Part shown: positions 1-11,125 of the stretch, one piece after another
Position numbering within the stretch: position 1 is the first letter of the stretch
How the letters are laid out: every line of letters begins with the position of its first letter
Position numbers and translations under genes: made by a program
Origin: Octopus sinensis
Lineage: Eukaryota
Reading direction: 5' to 3'
NCBI RefSeq assembly: GCF_006345805.1
Contig: NW_021835677.1
Coordinates: 1 to 26,882, forward strand
DNA length: 26,882 nt
Notes under the pieces: model-generated
Told to the model about the DNA's origin: nothing
What the model saw: only the letters and a program-made list of their open reading frames with translations
The model's database searches: none

Positions 1-421
1 AATCATGAGAATTTTTCTCTCTATATATAGATAGAGAGAGAGGGGGAGAGAAAGTATAATGATTGAATGAAAATAACGACGAAGGGTTTAAAAGCGTAAA
101 AATAATGAAGGCGGCGGAGGAAGATTAGACGCTATCAAACGACGTTTAGAGAGAATGTGAAAGGAAGGGAGGAAAGAGAGTGAGATGGAGGAAGACAGGC
201 AGATAATAGAATGAGAGTAGACTTGTCAAAATGTGCGTTTTTTGCCCTAGTAGCCACACCTTTTAAGATAGGGGATTTCTAACCTAGCCCACTCATCCTC
301 ACCTCATTTTACATGTCCCTGTAAATTTTGGAGTTAATCCGACCCCATCTAGTGCCCGTTAACCCGTTCCAATGCCAAAAACCAGACAAACTTTTCGCAT
401 TTCAGAATTATAATATAGAGA
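1..421 (-). mobile_element. Probable non-autonomous Helitron, 5' portion, running off the window start
   Basis: Minus strand reads A|TCTCTATATTATAA from 422/421: the TC start after an A and the TCT(C)TATA-type 5' end typical of animal Helitrons. It abuts a SINE-C tail fragment. The 3' CTAG/hairpin end is not in the window. Confidence 0.4.
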
Positions 422-522
422 TTAAGGGGACATGTGTCTGTGGAATGCTCAACCACTTACATGATAATTCGGGAGCAGGTATTGATTAGATAACTGAATC
501 CTCATCGATGAACGACGGAGAT
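422..522 (+). mobile_element. 3' tail fragment of a tRNA-derived SINE (family C)
   Basis: taaggggacatgtgtctgtggaatgctcaaccacttac...aacgacggag resembles the 3' end of an abundant octopus SINE as I recall it. The 5' part is missing, apparently cut by the Helitron. Confidence 0.45.
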
Positions 523-528
523 CCCTCA

Positions 529-542
529 TACACACACACACG

Positions 543-576
<34 letters not shown>

Positions 577-608
577 CACACACAACACACGCACACACAC
601 ACACACAA
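529..608. repeat. (CA)n microsatellite
   Basis: Seen directly. Confidence 0.95.
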
Positions 609-849
609 CTTGTCAATAAAACTACGGCTGCGAAAGAAAAAATATGTATTGGTTACGAGGCAAAATGTAAAATTTAAAGACATAAAATCTGCAGAAAAGG
701 GCAACTGTACAGTCTGAAAGGTATTTTATGTTGTTGAGAGGAGTATTAAGCTACAAGGAACAGAGAACAAAGCTCAACGTCAGAAAATATGAAAAAGTAA
801 ATATCGTTAATTGGGAAAAGTAAGGATGAAGTTAAACAATATGGTGCCC

Positions 850-1570
850 AGAAATACAAAAAAAAAAAAAAAATGTTACAGGAAAAAAAGTCTCTGAAAA
901 AGTTGACATTTCGAATTATCTTCGTTAATTTATTATATACTTGCCAAATTCACAGCAAGGAAAAAAGTCACTGGAAAAAAAGTTACATTTTATTTAAATA
1001 CTATAACAAAGTAATAAAGCAAAAGATATTTTAAATCAGTTATTTACTGATAGGACATGTACAAAATTTATGTATGGTGGCTTTATACATATGGGGGAAG
1101 AAAACCTCTTTTTATTTAATTTCTTAAGTAAAGTACGACAATGAAATAAAATAATGTACGTCGGTCATTTATTGACAATAAAACACATGAACAACTTGAA
1201 AACACCCAACATCGTATCGTGGAATTTCATTACAAAATGCTGAATATACATTCAATATTTTTAACGTTAGTGACCAAGATATTAACATTTCAGTCGACGT
1301 CACGAAGTATCTTTGCCCAAAGTCTTGCGGTTCTCCTGTCGAGCAACGCACAAGCTATGATAGCGTTCTTGAAGTTGCAGATAGCGTCGACGAACTCTTC
1401 TTTGAGATGGATTGACAACAACGTCCTTTTGGATAATTGTGTCTCTTCTGACATTTTTTCCTTTGACGAACCCTGGATTCGTTGCCAACTGGATTAAATA
1501 TAACTTTACTTTCTTTCCTTTATCTGAACATATAGCTTCCAATAACATTTTTAAAGATCAGTACCTGTAA
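850..1570 (-). mobile_element. Degenerate Mutator-like (MULE) DNA transposon end with transposase C-terminal relic
   Basis: Minus ORF 1300-1548 contains NPSQRRVRRRYLQLQERYHSLCVARQENRKTL, which resembles the basic C-terminal helix of animal MULE transposases. GGAAAAAA(A)GT-type repeats cluster at 878-903 and 959-986, as in subterminal repeats of such elements. Confidence 0.45.
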
Positions 1571-1844
1571 TAAAATGAATGGAAAGTATCTTAACCTGCT
1601 GTGAAATGATTAAAATGCAATAACCAATATCCCTGTGAGTTTAGAGAAACATGGTGAAACGTGACATGGGGGACAGAGGGGGAAAATTATAAATGAAGAA
1701 GAATGGTAGTAGTTACTCGGAAAAATCAGATGATGGATTAGGATTTGATGGTTTTTAATTGATAAACTCGTTTTATGAATAATGGGCTTTAATTTTTTTT
1801 CAAACTGTGCTATAATATTTGCTAAAGTGAAGTATGATCGAATG

Positions 1845-1995
1845 TTTAAGAAGTTTGCATTCGTGGCTACAAACTCTCTGGTTCGATCCTACTGGCATCT
1901 CGGGTAAATATTAAATCTTTTTTTTTTTACACTCAGGTCTACAAATAACATTGTGAGAGAAATTGGTTAGGTGGAAACTGTATAGAAGCCTATCG
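1845..1995 (+). mobile_element. Old, degraded SINE family A copy
   Basis: ggttcgatcc B-box-like motif, then tgtgagagaaattggttaggtggaaactgtatagaagcc, which aligns by eye with tgtgagtggatttggtagacggaaactgaaagaagcc of copies 10708 and 23038. Confidence 0.45.
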
Positions 1996-2094
1996 GGGAA
2001 TTGTGGCCTTGTTATACATAGGACATAAAAATCGTTTTATAAATATATACACATACATAAACGCATGCATACATACGCATTTCCAAAAATAAGT

Positions 2095-2095
2095 A

Positions 2096-2176
<81 letters not shown>
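2095..2176. repeat. (GTCT)n(ATCT)n compound microsatellite
   Basis: Seen directly. Confidence 0.95.
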
Positions 2177-2647
2177 TTATAAAAAAGATGGGTGAATGTA
2201 GCAAGGATGGCACGTATGAATGACGAAGCCACATTGAGCATAATCCTATGAACCCAGAAATTGAAAACAGAGGGTTACCCACTTGCAAACAAATGTGGTA
2301 ACATATAACAATATTGACCAAGGTTACCGTGGTCTTTTTCGTAGGCTTTTTTTCCCACGGATAAACCTTACTTTACACCATACATCATGACACTGTGATA
2401 CACGATCCCTATTGATCGTTTTTTCCCTCTTTTTTCTTTTTTCATTTTTCTTTTCTTTTGTTCCTTTTCCTCTTTTTCTTTTTCTCTTTTCGTTTTTTTT
2501 GTTCTTTTTTCCCTTTTACGATCCCTTTTGATCGAAAATCTACGCCACCTTTTTTTTTGTTTCTTTTGTTTTTTGTATCCCCCAAAAGAAAAGCTCTACC
2601 TTGTAACTTGCCCCATCTGTGTGCAGCCCTGTGTGGCCAATAAGAAA
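2176..2647 (+). mobile_element. 5'-truncated L1/Tx1-like LINE, copy 1 (last ORF2 codons plus 3'UTR)
   Basis: Homologous to the 3' part (about 3148-3607) of copy 2. Ends ccctgtgtggccaataagaaa followed by (CTAT)n. Confidence 0.85.

Positions 2648-2737
<90 letters not shown>
2648..2737. repeat. (CTAT)n tract of about 22 units between the two LINE copies
   Basis: Seen directly. Confidence 0.95.
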
Positions 2738-3607
2738 GGCAGTGCTACCGAGAAGCGCTACCCGTTCGGGATAAGCTCTACAGACACGGCTGAGAAACAG
2801 GGGCCGACCTGCCCGAGATGCGGTCAGCGCGACGAAACCGTTCTGCACGCACTCGTGCAGTGTCCAACAATTTCCGACCTGTGGGCTGGTGTCGAACAAC
2901 TGCTGTCACGTGTGGGACGAGTCGGTTTATCAGCTGAGTCTATCGTTAATATTGTCACGCCTCCCTCCTTCAAACGGGAAGGAAGAGCTATTTTCATCAT
3001 CCTTGTGGCTATGGCGAAAGATGTATCTGGTGGACGCGTCTGAAAGGATTGGAGACAAACACTTTCCTCTCTGGTCAATCTCTCATCAACTTCTTCAAGT
3101 ACCACTTGAAAAGGAAAGTGAGAGTAGAGAGGCAAGTTTTGTCTAGCGAATGTTTTAAAAAAGAATGGGTGAATGTAGCAAGAATGGCACGTATGAATGA
3201 CGAAGCCACCTTGAGCATGATCCTATGAACCCAGAAATTGAAAACAAGAGAGTTGCTTATTTGCAAAAAAAAAAAAAAAGAAATATAACATGTGACTCCA
3301 TTGACCGAGGTTACCGTGGTCTTTTCCGTAGGCTTTTCTTTCCACGGGTAAACCTCACTGTCCTCCCCTTTACACTTCATATTGACATTTCTGTGATAAC
3401 GATCCCTATTGATCAATTTTTTTTTTTCTCTCCCCCTTCTTTAAAAAAATTTTTTTTTTAACCCCCTTTTTTTTTGTCCTCTTTCTCTCCTTTTACGATC
3501 CCTTTTGATCGAAACTCCCCCTCCTTTTTTTTTTTTAAACCTTCAAAAGAAAAGCTCTACCTTGTAATTTGTTCTATCTGTGTGCAGCCTGTGTGGCTAA
3601 TAAGAAA
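2737..3607 (+). mobile_element. 5'-truncated L1/Tx1-like LINE, copy 2 (ORF2 C-terminal zinc finger plus 3'UTR)
   Basis: Translates WQCYREALPVRDKLYRHG*ETGPTCPRCGQRDETVLHALVQCPTISDLW...; after a frameshift near 3025, IWWTRLKGLETNTFLSGQSLINFFKYHLKRKVRVERQVLS...SMIL* (TGA 3226-3228). CX2C...HX4C is the L1/Tx1 ORF2 C-terminal zinc-finger (zf-RVT-type) signature. Confidence 0.85.
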
Positions 3608-3614
3608 CATATCA

Positions 3615-3648
<34 letters not shown>

Positions 3649-3715
3649 CTATCTATCTATCATCTATCTATCTATCTATCTATCGGTCTATCTATCTGTC
3701 TGTCTGTTTGTCTGC

Positions 3716-3758
<43 letters not shown>

Positions 3759-3759
3759 C

Positions 3760-3794
<35 letters not shown>
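3608..3794. repeat. (ATCT)n/(GTCT)n tract
   Basis: Seen directly. Confidence 0.95.
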
Positions 3795-3879
3795 CATATA
3801 TATATTCATATACTCATATACTTATATATAAATATAATCATATATATGTGTATATGTGTGTACATATATATATATATAG

Positions 3880-4144
3880 CGAGAAGTTGAGGTTATAGGA
3901 GATAATGGTGTCATTGGGACCCAAAGGTGTCAGGTAATGCTGAATAAGTGCTATAGACAGACCATAGTTAAGTTCCAGATTCGGTAATATTGCGAATAAT
4001 GGGTTCAACGTTGGTTCTATGTTAGCGTGTGTATATAAGAATTTTTTGCGTAATAAGATAAAAAACCAAGGCTGTATAGATATTAGAGCATTTATAGAAA
4101 GAAGATCTTACAGCTGTTTCTAGGATATTTATTAATAATATCCC
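3880..4144 (-). mobile_element. Possible Penelope-like element pLTR fragment
   Basis: Sits between (TA)n tracts. Its right end (4108-4144), read on minus, is a half hammerhead: stem II, GAAA, palindromic stem III, GUA. Confidence 0.35.
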
Positions 4145-4154
4145 ATATATATAT

Positions 4155-4348
4155 GACCGCGTGTGTACCGTTGGCGATTTTTTTCCTCTGTCTTCCCTTC
4201 TCTGGATCTTTGCTTCTCCTATGTTTCCGACGAAGAGCTCCGCTCGAAACGTTAAACCCTCCTTCTTTCCTGAGCGTCCAATAATACTATATTTGTTCCA
4301 CGTCCTCGCGTTGTTGTGTTTTTTGTGCTTTCCTGTTTGGATTAACTT
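4155..4348 (+). mobile_element. Penelope-like element pLTR fragment containing a hammerhead motif
   Basis: Contains the hammerhead-like motif at 4223-4257 and is bounded by (TA)n on both sides. Confidence 0.5.
4223..4257 (+). ncRNA. Minimal type I hammerhead ribozyme-like motif (Penelope type)
   Basis: GTTT-CCGACGA-A-GAGC(TCC)GCTC-GAAAC-GT-T-AAAC. Stem I GTTT/AAAC, core CCGACGA (U4 replaced by C), stem II GAGC/GCTC, GAAA, loop-less palindromic stem III ACGT, cleavage triplet GUU. Confidence 0.55.
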
Positions 4349-4385
4349 TATATATATATATATATATATCTATATATATATATAG

Positions 4386-4418
<33 letters not shown>

Positions 4419-4650
4419 ATATATATAATATATATATATTAATCAATATATTATTCAATATAGGGTGGGCAAAAAATTTCGTAGATGTTTGCGGAATTAA
4501 TGTTGTTTGCGGTTGAAGCTTGGCGTTATTTCTAGTGGGTGAATGGCCTATTATGGCCGTTCCTTGATTGCTGTTGTATATATATATTATATAATATATA
4601 TATATTATATATATATATATACATATATGTTATATATATATATCTATTAT
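4348..4650. repeat. (TA)n tracts with a unique interruption at about 4450-4575
   Basis: Seen directly. Confidence 0.9.
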
Positions 4651-4954
4651 ATACGTGCATACACAGACACATATTCACATTTATAGTTTTATATTTCTTA
4701 TCTAAATTATCGAAGCACTTGGCTACGTGATTACAGTTCTGTTTGGGCCCTACAATTGAGTCGGAGCCTCTACGGTGCCGCTTCTAGAACCAGGAGTATA
4801 CAAACCGAAACCGCTATTGATATTCTTCACCAATAATTTCTTTGATTTAGGGAAGCTCATTGAGGATATACACTTTTTTCTGATGCGATGCTTAAAGTAA
4901 GGTTAGAAGGAACTTCACCAAGTCTTCATTTTCATTCTCGCCGCCGCCGTATCC

Positions 4955-5128
4955 TCCACCACCACCAGCACCACCACCAGCACCACCACCGGCACCACCA
5001 CCGGCACCACCACCGGCACCACCACCGGTACCACCACCGGTACCACCACCACCACCACCGGTACCACCACCACCACCACCACCACCACCACCACCAACAC
5101 CACTATCACTACCACCACGACCACCACT
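4955..5128. repeat. (CAC)n tract with 12-bp higher-order unit CACCACCACCGG/CAG
   Basis: Seen directly; source of the poly-His and poly-Val pseudo-ORFs. Confidence 0.9.
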
Positions 5129-5399
5129 ACTATTTATGCGTTAACTAACCACCTGTTAAATATAGTAACATAATTTGGCTCAAATCACACGTCACCACCT
5201 TAAACAGAGGTCAGTACATGATATGGTTACCATAACACTCCTAAAATAATAAAAATAAAAGACAGGATGGTTACAGGTGGGATCTCTTTGGTTGTCTTTT
5301 TTGTTCCCTCACTGGCGACGTGGGCCAGAAAAAACACTATCAATAATTCGATCACTGCCACCCAGTAACATCGCAACCAACATCCTGATATCGGCGAAA

Positions 5400-5712
5400 C
5401 CACCATCGCCACCGCGACCACCACAACCACCGCCACCACGACGGCCACCACCAGTACCACGACCAGCACGACCAGCACGACCAGCAGCAGAGTACCACCA
5501 CCACCATCACCACCACCACACCACCACCACCACCACCATCATCATCATCACCATTACTACCACCGACAAGAAAAAACAATGCCGTCACCATTGTCGCAAC
5601 TGACGGCTACAACACTGACAACACCACTATAACCACCACAGACACCATCTTAACTTCTCCACCAACTGTTCCTCCACTTCCACCACCACCACCACCACCA
5701 CCACCATTACCA
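5400..5712. repeat. Degenerate (CAC/CAT/CAG)n low-complexity tract
   Basis: Seen directly. Confidence 0.85.
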
Positions 5713-5776
5713 CACAGCACTACATGCGCAACAGTCACAACAGACCGAACAAAACGAACACAGCTGTCTGGAAAGG

Positions 5777-6055
5777 TATATACTATATATATATATATAT
5801 ATATCAGTTTCTTGGCGGTGGTATATATATATATTGATATATATAATATATATAGATATATATGATATATTATATATATATGTATGTATGTATGTATGTA
5901 TAGATATATATACATATTATATATATATATACTATATATATATATATAGATATATATACATACATTTATATATATACATACATATATATATATACATACA
6001 TACATACATATTATATATATAATATACATGCATCATAATACATATATAGATATAT

Positions 6056-6098
<43 letters not shown>

Positions 6099-6251
6099 CA
6101 TATATATATGCATACATAATACATACATACTATATATATATATATATATATATCTATAATAAAAGATATAAATATATACAATATACGCATATATGTATAT
6201 ATATATATACACATATACATATATATTTATATATCTATGTATATATATGTG

Positions 6252-6298
<47 letters not shown>

Positions 6299-7037
6299 AA
6301 TATATATATATATGTACATATATAAATAGCTATGTGTGTATGTGTGTGTGCGTGCGTGTGCTTTTGTGCATATATAAATATATGCACAAACGCACCCCCC
6401 CCACACACACATATATATTGTGTATATATTAATATGTAACTGTCTCTATTTGCAGAACGAAAACAAGAAACAACGACAACAACAAAAAACAAAAAAACAA
6501 TATTAACAATATCAAGCAATAATAAATGCGAAAAAACAAAAAAAAAAAACGAATATAAAAATAAATTAAAAAAATTAAAACCCAAACGATGACATCAATA
6601 GAATTTGTGTTTATGAGAAATATCGAACAGTAATCCATAAAAATGTGCTAGACATTGAAATCACCGTGGTGTGCAACCACACACACACGCATACGCGCAC
6701 ACACACACACACACACACACAACACATGTATGTATGTATGTATATATGTAGGCATATATGTATGTATGTATGTATGGTTGTAGGCATATATGTATGTATG
6801 TATTTATGTATGTATGTATGTAGGCATATATGTATGCATGTATGTATGTATGTATGTATGTAGTATGTATGTGTGTATATATGTATGTATGTATGTATGC
6901 ATATATGTATGTATATATATATATATGTATACATAAATATATATATAAGGATATATATATATATGTGCATACATATGTATATACATGTATTCATATAAAC
7001 AATATATGTATATATATATATATATATATAATATATA

Positions 7038-7085
<48 letters not shown>

Positions 7086-7170
7086 CATATATATATATAC
7101 ATATATGTATATATGTATATACATATATACATATATATATACATATATGTATATATATATATATATATGT
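5777..7170. repeat. (TA)n, (TATG)n and (CA)n microsatellite field with short unique islands
   Basis: Seen directly. Confidence 0.9.
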
Positions 7171-7772
7171 ATGTTTTAAAATTTAGCAACGTTTTCTGTT
7201 GTTTGCTTTTGATATTTAAGACGTGGAAAATTATTATTATTATTATTAGTGTCTTTATATATTTATGGTGTGTTATTTTTGTGTGCTTCAGTTTTAGTTT
7301 TTTTTTTCTTTTTTCCTCTTTTCTTTCTTTTCAGATTTTTCTCGTGGAAAAACTATGAAGAAAAACCCCCCCAAAAAAATAAATCGAAATCTACGACTGA
7401 TTAGTTACACTTGAAAAATCAATCAAAAAGAAAAAAAAAAAAAAAAAAATTCACAGATTTTTCACAGTCTGGTATATTATATTTAATTGCTGACTGCCAA
7501 TGCCTATGTGTGGTGTGTGTGTGTGTGGTGTGTGTGGTGTGTGTGTGTGTGTGTGTGTGCGTGCGTGTGCGTATGTTTGTATGTGTATGCATGTATATAT
7601 GCATTTATCCTCTCCTCTTTCCTCTCTTCTAGTTTATGAACGCACACATGTATGCATACACGCACACACTAATACATATACATATATATATGTGTATATA
7701 TATATATGTATATATGTATATATATGTATATATATACATATACATATATATGTATATATATATATGTATATA

Positions 7773-8006
7773 TATTTCTTTACTGCCCACAAGGGGCTAA
7801 ACATAGAAGGGACGAACAAGGACAGACAAAGGGATTAAGTCGATTACATCGACCCCAGTGCGTAACTGGTACTTAATTTATCGACCCCGAAAGGATGAAA
7901 GGCAAAGTCGACCTCGGCGGATTTTGAACCCAGAACACTTAACGGCAGACGAAATACGGCTAAGCATTTCGCCCGGCGTGCTAACGTTTCTGCCAGCTCG
8001 CCGCCC
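7773..8006 (-). mobile_element. Full-length tRNA-derived SINE family B, tail type 1
   Basis: Minus strand: ggcggcgagctggcagaaacgttag (A-box-like), gggttcaaaatcc (B-box-like), core gtcgactttgcctttcatcctttcggggtcgataaattaagtaccag, tail ccccttgtgggcagtaaagaaata. Inserted in (TA)n. Confidence 0.85.
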
Positions 8007-8312
8007 TTTATATATGTATATATATATGTATATATGTATATATATGTATATATATATGTATATATGTATATATATGTATATATATATGTATATATGTATA
8101 TATATGTATATATATACATATATATATATATGTATATATATGTATATGTATATATGTATATATGTATATATATATATATATATATACTTTGATACGTAAT
8201 TATGTATACAAATATGTAGGCATATTTATGCGTATGCATACGTGTATACACACATATGAGGACATGCACATGCATGCAGATTTATCTTCATCTTTTGTGT
8301 ATGTATATATGT

Positions 8313-8343
<31 letters not shown>

Positions 8344-8526
8344 TATATATATATACATATATATATATAAATGATATATATGTTATATGTATATATAATA
8401 CGTATATGTATATATATATATATATATATATGTTAATACGTATATATATATATATATGCATGTATATATTTTTAGCATATCAGTATGAACGTTTGTTTGT
8501 TTGTATGTATGTATGTATATAGATAT

Positions 8527-8573
<47 letters not shown>

Positions 8574-8615
8574 TTTAAATATTATTAATTTTTTTATATA
8601 TTTTTACATATATCT

Positions 8616-8673
<58 letters not shown>

Positions 8674-9090
8674 TATATATATTATATATATATATAGGGT
8701 ACGCCCAGACTGTTCGACATAAACGTATATCGGGATAAACTGATGTTTATATAGAGAAAAACGAAAAATAGATTAATACAACACCACATATACACACGCA
8801 GACACATACACTTAACATATTTCTATATATATGTATATATATATATATATATATAATATATATATATATAATATATATATATATATATTATATCATATAT
8901 ATATCTATATATATGTATTAATATCTATATATAGATATATATACTATTTATATATTTATATATTTTATATTATCATATAAGTATATTATATATATTTATT
9001 ATATATCTTATATATGTATATATATGTATATATGTATATATATGTATATATATATCTATATATATATATATATCTATATATATATATAAT
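8007..9090. repeat. (TATATG)n and (TA)n microsatellite field
   Basis: Seen directly. Confidence 0.9.
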
Positions 9091-9460
9091 ATACACACAG
9101 AACACACACGTTTATTTTAAGTAAACAGACATTCACAACCGAAGTAGGCACAACTCTGACCGCATCCATGTCAGCAACAAATAAACAAATAAATGCATAA
9201 ATAAATATCTGCGTATTTGTCTGTAATTGTGTTGTGTTGTGTGTGTGTGTGTGTGTGTTGCCTAGATGCCTGCGTATGCGTGATTTTGCTCTCTCTTTAT
9301 TCCTACAGACACCGTCTTACGTACATACATACATACATACATACATACATACATGTATATATATATATGTTTATGTTTATATATGTATATGTATGTATGT
9401 GGGTATATATGTATACACACGCACAAACGAAGGTGTATGTATGTGCATAGTGCTACATAA

Positions 9461-9494
<34 letters not shown>

Positions 9495-9605
9495 GCTCAC
9501 ATACACATTCATATAAACTCATGTGTCTTCTGTTTGTTGATATCGATTATTTATATTTGATTCATTGTGTTAATATTTTTTCAATATTTTCGTATTTATA
9601 ATTGA

Positions 9606-9622
9606 TAATAATAATAATAATA

Positions 9623-9657
<35 letters not shown>

Positions 9658-9748
9658 TACAATAATAATGAGACAATATATAATGATAACAATAATAATA
9701 TAATAAAATAATAATAATAATATAATAATAATAATGATGATGATGATG

Positions 9749-9782
<34 letters not shown>

Positions 9783-9783
9783 G
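9606..9783. repeat. (AAT)n microsatellite
   Basis: Seen directly. Confidence 0.95.
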
Positions 9784-10497
9784 TACCTCAGTAGGCATGA
9801 TAGAGCTGCACAATATATTCACTGGGTATTTGCAAAACCTGGATTTGCCCCATGAAAAAAACTGGTGGGAACACAATTCCACCTGTTGTGCTTGAAAATG
9901 ACCACATCTCACTCCTCTCTGGAACTTCACCATTCAACTGACAGGAAGATAGATGCAAATAGGCCAGACATTATATTGAAAGACTTCAGACAAAGAACAT
10001 GCCTCCTCATTGATATGACTGTCCCAATCGATATAAACGTATCTGTCAAGACCTACCAAAAACTGAGCAAATATAAAGATCTTGAAATAGAAATCAGCAA
10101 ATGTGGAAGCTGAAGACTAAAACAATACCTGTTGTCATAGGTGTGCCCTGGAATGATAGCGAAACGAAAGGGCTGATTGCTACCTAACTCAGATACCAGG
10201 AAACCCCAAAATGGCAGAAATTCAAAAGATAGTGCTCATGGGAACTGCTCATATCCTACGCAAAATACTCTATGTAATCCCAAGGTTTAAAACAAACTTT
10301 TTTTTATTTTTTTTAGTTTTATTTATTTTTTTTTGTTTATTTTTTATTTTATGTATTAGACATTCACTAGTTACAATACCAAAAAAAAACAAAAAAAACA
10401 AAATATACGGCACAGAACTTCTAACCTGTTGTCTCTTGAGGTCTCTGGGTGAGACTTGGAGCCAACTTGTACAGACATAAAGCAAAAGTCAAACATA

Positions 10498-10498
<1 letters not shown>
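9784..10498 (+). mobile_element. 5'-truncated R4/Dong-like non-LTR retrotransposon (restriction-like endonuclease region plus 3'UTR)
   Basis: Frameshifted translation YLSRHDRAAQYIHW...TDRKIDANRPDIILKDFRQRTCLLIDMTVPIDINVSVKTYQKLSKYKDLEIEI...AEIQKIVLMGTAHILRKIL gives the RHD motif and the PD..D..K RLE core of R2/R4-group elements. Flanked on both sides by (TAA)n. Confidence 0.85.
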
Positions 10499-10551
<53 letters not shown>

Positions 10552-10577
10552 GAATAATAATAATAATAATAATAATA
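10499..10577. repeat. (TAA)n microsatellite
   Basis: Seen directly. Confidence 0.95.
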
Positions 10578-10707
10578 AAAGGATATCTTTTATTTGCCAC
10601 AGGGATATTAGATGAGAGGTGACATTACAAGGGCAGTTTGCAACTAGCGTGGGGTTTTACATAAAATATAGGGCGAACGATAAAGAGAAAAAGGGATAAA
10701 CGAGATA

Positions 10708-11125
10708 AGGCGCAGGAGTGGCTGTATGGTAAGTAGCTTGTTTACCAACCACATGGTTCCGGGTTCAGTCCCACTGCGTGGCACCTTGGGCAAGTGTCTT
10801 CTACTATGGTCTCGGGCCGACCAAAGGCTTGTGAGTGGATTTGGTAGACGGAAACTGAAAGAAGCCCGTCGTATATATGTATATATATATATATATGCAT
10901 GTGTGTGTTTGTGCGTCTGTGTTTGTCCCCCTAGCATTGCTTGACAACCGATGCTGGTGTGTTTATTTCCCCGTTACTTAGCGGTTCGGCAAAAGAGATC
11001 GATAGAATAAGTACTGGGCTTACAAAAGAATAAGTCCCGGGGTCGATTTGCTCGATTAAAGGCGGTGCTCCAGCATGGCCGCAGTCAAATGACTGAAACA
11101 AGTAAAAGAGTAAATGAGTAAAGAG
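10708..11125 (+). mobile_element. Full-length tRNA-derived SINE family A (CORE-SINE-like)
   Basis: A-box-like tggctgtatgg, B-box gggttcagtccc, CORE-like accttgggcaagtgtctt, internal (TA)n(TG)n, tail cagtcaaatgactgaaacaagtaaaagag. Near-identical to 23038-23517. Confidence 0.85.

Noticed and set aside
2176-3607. Tandem duplication as the origin of the two LINE copies
   Set aside because: Different 5' truncation points and many substitutions and indels throughout the shared part favour independent insertions.
5227-5400. Hydrophobic minus-strand peptide ...ELLIVFFLAHVASEGTKKTTKEIPPVTILSFIFIILGVLW
   Set aside because: It looks membrane-like, but I recognise no family, the acceptor is weak and part of the hydrophobicity comes from T-rich DNA. 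Needs RNA evidence.
4888-5603. Poly-His, poly-Pro and poly-Val ORFs suggesting a His-rich protein
   Set aside because: They coincide exactly with (CAC)n tracts, and no recognisable domain or convincing splice context supports them.
5718-5775. 58-nt candidate exon ending AAG|GTATAT
   Set aside because: Good donor, but no pyrimidine tract at the acceptor and none of the three open frames is recognisable.
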